IMG/VR virus record: IMGVR_UViG_3300028914_000059
Coordinates: 96,001 to 160,000 of that record
DNA: 64,000 nucleotides
Origin: a virus
Taxonomy: Duplodnaviria; Caudoviricetes
Direction: 5' to 3' (one strand)
Of the stretch, positions 18,866 to 25,587 are shown piece after piece. Position 1 is the stretch's first letter. The number at the start of each line of letters is the position of its first letter. A program made the translations under genes and the position numbers. The notes under the pieces are model-generated. The model worked only from the letters and a program-made list of their open reading frames with translations. It was not told where the DNA came from and ran no database searches.

Positions 18866-19117
18866 TAAACTTCCGGAACACGACATTAGCTGACGGGCTT
18901 GAAGCGATGTCAGGACCGAACCCATGATATCCTAGGTGACGATTATAATCATGGCAGTAGCTCCTGAAAGAACGGAAGAAACCGGTTGTTTAACGAGAGT
19001 GTCAATCTGCAAAGGCACTATAAACTGCACAGACTCAAGTGAGCCTATTATCGAGGCTTTGCAAAACGGGAGAGCAGAAGGAAGTTTAAATGCAGGTTTC
19101 ACCTTCACCAGAAACCT
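18866..19117 (+). ncRNA. Unidentified structured RNA (operon leader)
   Basis: Closing helix TAAACTTCC/GGAAGTTTA, several internal hairpins, no credible ORF. Confidence 0.5.
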
Positions 19118-19123
19118 CTTAAT

Positions 19124-19197
19124 GGCAGGGTAGCTCAGATGGCTAGAGCACACGGTTCATACCCGTGATGTCGTGAGTTCGATTCTCACCCCTGCCA
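19124..19197 (+). tRNA. tRNA-Met(CAT), elongator type
   Basis: GGCAGGG/CCCTGCC acceptor, CACGG-TT CAT AC-CCGTG, TTCGATT T-loop; no encoded CCA. Confidence 0.9.
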
Positions 19198-19202
19198 TAT
19201 GT

Positions 19203-19415
19203 GTCCTGGCAGCCTAATGGGCAGGCGGCCATAAGCAGTCCACTATTTTTATCCATCCATTTGAAGCTCCATCTATATTGATTAAAACTTTAGTGGATTA
19301 GCAGGAAGATGTCAGTTCGAATCTGACATGCTCCACATCGGGGCTATAGACTAACTGGCAAGTCGTCCTACTTGCGTGCTTATGGTGAAAGCTGGTTCGA
19401 TACCAGTCCAGGACT
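19203..19415 (+). ncRNA. Nested anticodon-less double tRNA-like RNA no. 1
   Basis: Outer acceptor GTCCTGG/CCAGGAC; 10-bp helix GCCATAAGCA/TGCTTATGGT; inner permuted T-arm, acceptor hairpin, D-arm. Confidence 0.75.
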
Positions 19416-19430
19416 TTCTTAATAATTTTC

Positions 19431-19515
19431 GGGTAGGTGCCGGAGTGGTTAATCGGAGCGGACTGTAAATCCGCTGGTCTAACGGTCTACGGTGGTTCGA
19501 ATCCACCCCTGCCCA
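19431..19515 (+). tRNA. tRNA-Tyr(GTA)
   Basis: GGGTAGG/CCTGCCC, GCGGA-CT GTA AA-TCCGC, long variable arm. Confidence 0.92.
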
Positions 19516-19581
19516 TTTGATGGAGGGAAAAGGATACTACAAAGGCTAAGTTTGGAGTATCCTGGAACCTACATCAACAAA

Positions 19582-19729
19582 GAACCAGTAGCTCAAGTGG
19601 ATAGAGTATCCATGGAATCAGGAAGCAACGTGAGTTCGAATCTCACTGTCGTTGGTAACAAAACGACATGGCCAAGCGGCGAGGCACCTGTCGATTGGGA
19701 GGTTCTGGGTTCGAACCCCAGCTGGTTCA
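19582..19729 (+). ncRNA. Nested anticodon-less double tRNA-like RNA no. 2
   Basis: Outer acceptor GAACCAG/CTGGTTC; inner acceptor hairpin TGTCGTT/AACGACA; two D arms and two T arms. Confidence 0.75.
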
Positions 19730-19879
19730 ATGGTTATTTCTGGATGTGTCAAAGTGATACCCCTGTGTTCGATAGGATGCATACATCGGCATGGGTAGTA
19801 TAGCAGAAGACACAGGTTGCTGCAGCAACTACGTAGAGCCATAGTGCTCTTTGGGTAAAACCCACCAGGATAATCACCT

Positions 19880-19963
19880 GGAGGAATGTCCGAGTGGTCG
19901 ATGGTGAGAGTTTGCTAAACTCTTGGATCAAAAGTCCCGCAGGTTCGAATCCTGCTTCCTCCG
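19880..19963 (+). tRNA. tRNA-Ser(GCT)
   Basis: GGAGGAA/TTCCTCC, G73, AGAGT-TT GCT AA-ACTCT, variable arm. Confidence 0.9.
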
Positions 19964-20079
19964 ATGATTATTGTTTGAGCAGTGTGCACTATGACAACAG
20001 CGGCGAAGTGTCAGGCTGAGACGTCAGCATTGTCCCAGTAGCCGGCATGAGTCATACATTGGCTGTTCATGCAATATGA

Positions 20080-20175
20080 GGACGACAGACCGAGTTGGAG
20101 AACGGGGAGGCTATTTAAGCCTCTGCTCATTTGGTAGATGAGCTATAGTGTGGTTCGAATCCACACTGTCGTCCT
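20080..20175 (+). tRNA. Atypical long-variable-arm tRNA, anticodon loop non-canonical
   Basis: GGACGACA/TGTCGTCC acceptor, GAGGC-TATTTAA-GCCTC, 8-bp variable arm, GTGTGG-TTCGAAT-CCACAC. Confidence 0.6.
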
Positions 20176-20462
20176 TGACGGGTACAGCGGTACAGCCTAG
20201 GCCCTACACTAATGGATAAGAGTGCGCACTCTTGAGTGTATTATGGCCGGACGTAGAGTGGTTATCCTTCCCAATGAAAACGTCCCCTTGAGATTTTCGA
20301 CGGTTTGCTGGATGTGCCGGCCAGCATCATTTCCAACGCGGAACCCTGATCAGATTGCGTAAGTACGAAATGCGTTCACACAGAAAGAACACCGTTGGCT
20401 GGGTGTATGAGGTAGCGGTTGGCGCTACGTCTCGTGCCCAGCCTTCCTGCCCTGCAGGGATT

Positions 20463-20518
20463 AGACCTCCACGCGGGAGCTTAAGCCTTGTAAGCACCGT
20501 ACCATGTGGAGGCCGCTA
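20463..20518 (+). repeat. Conserved RNA hairpin, copy 1
   Basis: AGACCTCCACGCGGGA-stem-AGCCTTG-stem-CCGTACCATGTGGAGGCCGCTA; second copy at 21934. Confidence 0.75.
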
Positions 20519-20519
20519 T

Positions 20520-20603
20520 GGGGCGGTAGTTGTAATGGTAGAACGTGCAGATAGATAATTCCGCGGTTGTCTGCAAGGTCGTGGTTCGATTCCACGTCGC
20601 CCA
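20520..20603 (+). ncRNA. tRNA-like RNA with extended anticodon arm
   Basis: D and T arms normal; 9-bp TGCAGATAG/TTGTCTGCA stem with 12-nt loop. Confidence 0.7.
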
Positions 20604-20625
20604 TTTTCTGAAAAGGAGAATTACT

Positions 20626-21255
20626 ATGCCTAAACTTTGTGCAAAAATTGGCGGAGAAACATATAAGTTTGGTTTTAACGGGGGGGTACTTCAAGAAAAA
20701 ACTTTAAACCAAACTGTAAATGATGAAGCCACTGCTTACTTTATAGAGGCTTATAAGGTAACTAGTCATAATCCATGGCAAGCCATGAGTTATACTATAG
20801 CAAAAGATTTAAAGTATAATTGTCCTTGTAAATGTTACTTTAATGACTCAATGCTTATATGGACAGCTGGATGGAACAGAGACTTCTTTATTAGTGATAA
20901 AAATGTAAGCAATACGGTGAGCGAATATAGAGTCTATATAAAAATACCGAAGTTTATTGAAAACTGGGGGAGGCCTGATGCTGACACCTCTTTTATGCTT
21001 AGTGAAATATACTCCAGATGTGACAGGAATATAATATGTTCAACAGATGGTGATCCCATGCATGAGTTAGATATAGGTGATGATCATATAGCTAGAAGCT
21101 TACTGACAGACTGGACTAATTATATATTTGATGGTGACAGGGATTATTACATAGCATTTGTGATAGAGTTAGATACTACTCACTCCAACATTCACCTGTT
21201 TGTACCATCTTTTAAAGCGACATTTTACAGATATACAGGAAACTATATAGCATAA
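20626..21255 (+). CDS. Hypothetical protein, tandem paralogue A
   Basis: AAGGAG RBS, MPKLCAKIGGETYK...; highly similar to 21281..21886. Confidence 0.8.
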   Translation: MPKLCAKIGGETYKFGFNGGVLQEKTLNQTVNDEATAYFIEAYKVTSHNPWQAMSYTIAKDLKYNCPCKCYFNDSMLIWTAGWNRDFFISDKNVSNTVSEYRVYIKIPKFIENWGRPDADTSFMLSEIYSRCDRNIICSTDGDPMHELDIGDDHIARSLLTDWTNYIFDGDRDYYIAFVIELDTTHSNIHLFVPSFKATFYRYTGNYIA

Positions 21256-21280
21256 TCTATATAAAGGTAGGAGAATTACT

Positions 21281-21886
21281 GTGCCTAAACTTTGTGCAAA
21301 AATTGGTGGAGAAACATATAAGCTTGATTTTAACAGTGGGGTACTTCAGGAAAAAACTTTAAACCCAACTGTAAATGATGAAGCCACTGCTTACTTTATA
21401 AGGGCTTGGGGGGCGACTACTGGTCGGACTGTAGCAGAAGATTTAAAGTATAATTGTCCTTGTAAATGTTACTTTAATGACTCAATGCTTATATGGACAG
21501 CTGGATGGAACCAAAACTTCTTTATTAGTAATAAAAAGGTAAGCGATACGGCGCTAAAATATGAAGTTTGGATAAAAATACCTAAGTTTATTGAAAACTG
21601 GGGGAAACCTGATGATAGCACCTCTTTCATGTTTAGTGGAATATATTCCAGATATAATAGGAATATAATATGTTCAACAGATGGTGACCCTTTGCATGAG
21701 CTAGACATGGGTGATGACCATATAGAGAGAAGCTTAATGATAGACTGGACTAATTTTTTTGATGGAGACCATGATTATTACATACTATTCAGAGTAGAGT
21801 TAGATGGCACTCACTCCAACATTTACCTGTTTGTGCCATCTTTTAAAGTGACCTTTTATAGATATACAGGAACCTATCTAGCATAA
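21281..21886 (+). CDS. Hypothetical protein, tandem paralogue B
   Basis: GTG start with the same GGAGAATTACT context; same 3' flank GCATAATCTATATAAAGGTAGGAG. Confidence 0.8.
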   Translation: MPKLCAKIGGETYKLDFNSGVLQEKTLNPTVNDEATAYFIRAWGATTGRTVAEDLKYNCPCKCYFNDSMLIWTAGWNQNFFISNKKVSDTALKYEVWIKIPKFIENWGKPDDSTSFMFSGIYSRYNRNIICSTDGDPLHELDMGDDHIERSLMIDWTNFFDGDHDYYILFRVELDGTHSNIYLFVPSFKVTFYRYTGTYLA

Positions 21887-21933
21887 TCTATATAAAGGTA
21901 GGAGTTCAGCCTTGGAAATAAAGACTGCCAATC

Positions 21934-21986
21934 AGACCTCCACGCGGGAATCCAGCCTTGGGATCCGTACCATGTGGAGGCCGCTA
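21934..21986 (+). repeat. Conserved RNA hairpin, copy 2
   Basis: Same as 20463..20518 with compensatory inner stem ATCC/GGAT. Confidence 0.75.
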
Positions 21987-22141
21987 AATTAAAAGTGCCA
22001 AACGGGAAAGGCACTCTAAACATGGACACATCAACCATGGACCCGGTACCGGGTCCCAATGAAGCACCGCCAGAAATGGCTACGGCACTGGTTACAAAGC
22101 CGTAGTACCTGCCTCTCGAGCGCATGAGACAGGAACAAACT

Positions 22142-22292
22142 GAAGTAGAGGTAGGCTGGTAGCCCAGCTGGTTAAGGCACCCGGAGGAAAGTTAGCGGGG
22201 GATTATATTCCGTCACGCATTAGCTTTCTGCAAGGGAGATCAGGGGTTCGAGTCCCTTCCAGGCGACAAGACCGAAAGGTCCCCTCTACTTC
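22142..22292 (+). ncRNA. tRNA-like domain with extended anticodon arm enclosed in an outer helix
   Basis: GAAGTAGAGG/CCTCTACTTC closing helix, D arm, T arm AGGGG-TTCGAGT-CCCTT, GACC-GAAA-GGTC tetraloop. Confidence 0.65.
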
Positions 22293-22298
22293 TCTTTA

Positions 22299-22371
22299 GC
22301 CCCAATCGTCTAATATAATAGGATAACCGGCTTCTAGCCGGAGATGCGGTGAGAGTCCGCAAGGGGCGCCA
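22299..22371 (+). tRNA. tRNA-Arg(TCT), divergent or pseudo
   Basis: CCGG-CT TCT AG-CCGG, ends CCA; acceptor has two A:A mismatches, T-loop TGAGAGT, D-loop lacks GG. Confidence 0.55.
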
Positions 22372-22372
22372 A

Positions 22373-22466
22373 GACGATTTATCCGAATTGGAAATAGGGG
22401 GAGGCTGTGAGCCTCCGGATATATGTTAATGTATATCCTGTGGTGGTTCGATTCCACCAGTCGTCA
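22373..22466 (+). tRNA. Atypical long-variable-arm tRNA with GTG anticodon
   Basis: GACGATT/AGTCGTC, A73, GGAGG-CT GTG AG-CCTCC, long variable arm, no G-1. Confidence 0.6.
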
Positions 22467-22470
22467 ATCT

Positions 22471-22541
22471 GGGTCGGTAACCAAGCGGTTAGGTGCTGCT
22501 CTGCAAAAGCAGCTAGATCAGTTCGACTCTGATCCGGCCCT
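22471..22541 (+). tRNA. tRNA-Cys(GCA)
   Basis: GGGTCGG/CCGGCCC, U73, CTGCT-CT GCA AA-AGCAG. Confidence 0.9.
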
Positions 22542-22598
22542 CTCATTTATTCATGAGATAAAATTTCTTTTCGTTGGCCAGCGCTGGCCAACATTTTT

Positions 22599-22760
22599 GA
22601 CTGCCTCGTCTAACGGATAAGACACAGGATGGGTTACGTAAAGGGTCATTTCTATCTCCTTAGTTTGATCTCAGAGTCTCATTCCTTCCTTTCATTAACG
22701 GTGTTTTTAGTCAAGTCAAGTTGCTCCGCCTGAATGCCGGTTCGAATCCGGCGGCAGTCT
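22599..22760 (+). ncRNA. tRNA scaffold with about 100-nt insert replacing the anticodon loop
   Basis: Perfect acceptor GACTGCC/GGCAGTC, D stem GTCT/AGAC, T arm GCCGG-TTCGAAT-CCGGC, CAGG/CCTG stem enclosing 22629-22728. Confidence 0.8.
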
Positions 22761-22895
22761 CTGGAGCCCGTATGAAATATGATGGGTTACCAATAAGGCA
22801 TGCTTCCGCCTGTAATGGGGCAGAGTATGTTTTAATTCGATGTCCTCCTTTTAAAAATTGTCATCGAGCATGCTGGGAAACTGGTATGCTCTTAC

Positions 22896-22979
22896 GCCCG
22901 GTTGGCGAAACTGGCAGACGCATATGATTCAGGTTCATATGTCCGCAAGGACGTGCGGGTTCGACCCCCGTGCCGGGTA
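22896..22979 (+). tRNA. tRNA-Leu(CAG)
   Basis: GCCCGGT/GCCGGGT, A73, TATGA-TT CAG GT-TCATA, variable arm GTCC-GCAA-GGAC. Confidence 0.9.
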
Positions 22980-23096
22980 CTGTTGTTTGTAGTAATCATT
23001 AAAAAACTCTATGCCTTGGTGCAGCTGTAATATTTTATTGCCGCTGCACTTTTTTTATCTGTACATTTACGCTATAATATTAAAGAGGAGAGCACT

Positions 23097-23375
23097 ATGA
23101 GCAGAAGTTATAAGAAGACATCATACAGTGGTGATACTAATGATAAGGCTTATAAGAAGGTTTCTAATAAAAGGATTCGCAGTTACCCGGAAATTCCGGA
23201 TGGCTCGTTCTTTAAGAAGATAATGTGCTCCTGGTTCATTAAAGACTACTGCTCATATATGACTGAGAAGGAGTTTATGGAGGATTGGTATGATCCTGAG
23301 TCGTACATGAGGAAGTTGTGGCCAACCTATGAAGAAGCCCACCAGAACTATATGAAATATTACAGGAGAAAATGA
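23097..23375 (+). CDS. Conserved-type basic hypothetical protein (MSRSYKK...)
   Basis: 92 aa, GAGGAG RBS. Confidence 0.75.
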   Translation: MSRSYKKTSYSGDTNDKAYKKVSNKRIRSYPEIPDGSFFKKIMCSWFIKDYCSYMTEKEFMEDWYDPESYMRKLWPTYEEAHQNYMKYYRRK

Positions 23376-23378
23376 CCG

Positions 23379-23732
23379 TTGAAAGACATTATAATTGATG
23401 ATGTTCCAAATGCTGTAACCGTGGCTATAAATACCCTGGCTGATTATTGCAGAAGTATTCAGGGTGATAAGTATAATCCGTTCAAATGTAGAAAATGTCC
23501 TCTGTACGGCAGGAACACAGATAAGAGAGCAACAGCAGTAAGTGGTGACTATGAGGATTGCTTCTTCAGCATGTATCATAACAGTGTTCGAAGATGGGAT
23601 AATATACTAAGAGGCAAGCATCCTGACAGTGGGCATTCAGCATTCGAAGTGATGACATCATCCATGTCTCCCGACGATAAGGTTCCTGAAGACAGAGGCA
23701 GCTTTCAGATTAAAGATAAACCCTTAGAATAG
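23379..23732 (+). CDS. Hypothetical Cys-containing protein
   Basis: 117 aa, CxxCP motif. Confidence 0.6.
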   Translation: MKDIIIDDVPNAVTVAINTLADYCRSIQGDKYNPFKCRKCPLYGRNTDKRATAVSGDYEDCFFSMYHNSVRRWDNILRGKHPDSGHSAFEVMTSSMSPDDKVPEDRGSFQIKDKPLE

Positions 23733-24002
23733 GTATAAGTAATCTGGAAGGAAGGTGACGTTAAATGGCAGAAGAAATAATTCTTTTGACAGTTAACGGG
23801 ATCCTGGAAGACTTGCTTGTCCAGGGTTCCATGGTTGTTTATGCCTTAGCGTTAAGCTATGGCGTAATCAACTATAATAAATAAAAAATCCGGCTCTAAA
23901 TGGGCCGGATTTTTTTACCTGTCAGTTCTGTAGAATTAGGTATAAGATCTATAGTTATTCCAGGACTAGTTTCCTGGAAATTTAAGACTAAGGAGATTTT
24001 AT

Positions 24003-24323
24003 ATGAATGAAAAAGAAGTGATGTCTAAAAAATTATTACCCGCCAGACCAGAGATGGAATTCATCTCCTACACTGGCAGATATCCGACTTTGTGTTCTGG
24101 AGCACTCACTATACGTGTTGGTGATGAATATTACCACCTTGATCATATTCTCAGATCCGGTGGCAGTATTCATGATCCTGTTACTGGTGACTATGATGCT
24201 GTAGAAGGTGACTGGTATATTGATGAAGATGACCTGCCGGAAGAACTCAGACCTTATGTAGATGACATTGTCAGATTGGTGAACGATAATGTTGAGCATG
24301 GCTGCTGTGGAGGTTGCATATGA
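24003..24323 (+). CDS. Hypothetical protein ending GCCGGCI
   Basis: 'SYTGRYPTLCSG...HGCCGGCI' phage-type family; GGAG RBS. Confidence 0.75.
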   Translation: MNEKEVMSKKLLPARPEMEFISYTGRYPTLCSGALTIRVGDEYYHLDHILRSGGSIHDPVTGDYDAVEGDWYIDEDDLPEELRPYVDDIVRLVNDNVEHGCCGGCI

Positions 24324-24589
24324 TAGAACCTGATTGGGAATATAATCATCTTTATGATAGAGGTATTCTCCATCTTGACAAAGATGAGCTGGAGCTGTTA
24401 GCCAATCAGATCATTCCAGTAGGTTTTGAGCATCATCATCCTCAGGAGCTTTGCCCGGTATTTTCAGCCATTGTAAAGATGGCTGTAGAAGCAGGTGTCA
24501 TGGATGAAGATGACGATCTGGTCAAGGAATTTCTGGATGATATGGAAAATTATGAAAATACAGAGCCACCGCAGGAGGATTTAAAATGA
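24320..24589 (+). CDS. Hypothetical acidic protein
   Basis: ATGA-coupled to neighbours. Confidence 0.65.
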   Translation: MIEPDWEYNHLYDRGILHLDKDELELLANQIIPVGFEHHHPQELCPVFSAIVKMAVEAGVMDEDDDLVKEFLDDMENYENTEPPQEDLK

Positions 24590-24816
24590 CCGAAAAGGAT
24601 ATAGAAGCATATCTGATTAATAATGAGAAGATAGGTGTCATATTTGGATTAATGCCAGCTCCAGTTAGAAAGTGGCTGAAAGATAAATATGATAATAAGG
24701 ATTTTTCAGAAAACATATTAGTCTACAGATATTCTGACTGGACTGTATGGAATGAAGATCCCTTCTCAGACGATGAAGCTGTTGCTATGATAAGGAGCAA
24801 ATTCAATGACAAATGA
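24586..24816 (+). CDS. Hypothetical protein, 'ExEI..L..N..G..F.FMP' family
   Basis: N-terminus shared with 25588, 26097, 27532. Confidence 0.7.
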   Translation: MTEKDIEAYLINNEKIGVIFGLMPAPVRKWLKDKYDNKDFSENILVYRYSDWTVWNEDPFSDDEAVAMIRSKFNDK

Positions 24817-24949
24817 GGCTTTTGAAGTGTTAAGAGAAATGTACTCTACTTGTGCAACTTACCCTGAGAAGTATTCTGGAGACTTCTACGAGTTTTACAA
24901 GGACTTCATAAATGAAACTTCCAGGAGAATCAAGGAGAAGTCAAAATGA
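24806..24949 (+). CDS. Small hypothetical protein (47 aa)
   Basis: AAGGAG RBS, fills gap, ATGA overlap with 24946. Confidence 0.55.
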   Translation: MTNEAFEVLREMYSTCATYPEKYSGDFYEFYKDFINETSRRIKEKSK

Positions 24950-25239
24950 AAGGTAAAGATCTGATAAAATGGATCAAGGACAACCATGCCGAAGACCTGG
25001 AACTCTACATGGGAATCGACTGGAAATATCATGAACTCAACCCCGCCATAGAAAGAGCCGGGTATGGAAAGCAAGATTATCCAAAGCTTTGTGTGTTATC
25101 GAATAAGGCTTTGGAAGATGGTTTTGGCGATGAAGCCAAGGCAAATCTATATGACGAAAGTAATATAGATGAATGTATACGGGAAGGAACCCTGGAAAAG
25201 GTTCTGGACGTATGGGTTAATCTTATGTCTGTTCAGTAG
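24946..25239 (+). CDS. Hypothetical protein
   Basis: 97 aa, AAGGAG RBS. Confidence 0.7.
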   Translation: MKGKDLIKWIKDNHAEDLELYMGIDWKYHELNPAIERAGYGKQDYPKLCVLSNKALEDGFGDEAKANLYDESNIDECIREGTLEKVLDVWVNLMSVQ

Positions 25240-25248
25240 GAGGACTAA

Positions 25249-25575
25249 ATGGCTGGATTAGATGCTGAAAAAGAAGAATTTGACCTGATGACTTTATTTG
25301 ATCACTGCGTGCTGTTTACTACCAATAGGATCGACAGGAAAACAGTCCCCAACAATATGTTCATGTATGAGACTAGGGACGGTTCTCAGGATGGCCATAT
25401 CCATGAATTAGCCTACAGGATAATCGCGGATTTCTTTGGAACCGTTATCAGTAAGGAGCCCTTATTACCTACGGATGATCTGGACTCCTACAGCTACGTG
25501 AGTTTCGATGCTTATGGTTTTGAGCCTTGTGGCTCAATAACTTTGCAGCAGTATGCAGATTCTAATTTGCATTAA
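25249..25575 (+). CDS. LPD28-like (large polyvalent protein domain) protein
   Basis: 'LFTTNRIDRKTVP..MFMYETRD...FFGTVIS' pattern, recognised from memory. Confidence 0.6.
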   Translation: MAGLDAEKEEFDLMTLFDHCVLFTTNRIDRKTVPNNMFMYETRDGSQDGHIHELAYRIIADFFGTVISKEPLLPTDDLDSYSYVSFDAYGFEPCGSITLQQYADSNLH

Positions 25576-25587
25576 GGAGGGAAACAA

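Noticed and set aside
19246-19256. Loop complement ATGGATAAAAA resembling the start of cas9 (MDKK)
   Set aside because: Only 11 nt and AT-rich; not distinguishable from chance without the host genome
19300-19415. Two-piece (permuted) tmRNA
   Set aside because: GGGGCT start and G3:U70 fit, but a true D stem is present and there is no mRNA-like domain or tag reading frame
20080-20175. Ochre (TTA) suppressor tRNA / recoded genome
   Set aside because: TTA is not centred in the loop in any register, and long genes read through cleanly in code 11 with TAA as the common stop
18932-20694. Short ORFs overlapping the tRNA operon (18936, 19492, 19618, 19749, 20355, 20461; also 22423, 22721, 36574)
   Set aside because: Overlap tRNA/structured RNAs and lack RBS
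20626-21886. Diversity-generating retroelement TR/VR pair
   Set aside because: Differences are not adenine-restricted, include indels, both copies are full ORFs, and no reverse transcriptase is in the window
22629-22728. Group I or archaeal-type tRNA intron
   Set aside because: Too short for a group I core, no bulge-helix-bulge, and I could not find an excision restoring a canonical 7-nt anticodon loop
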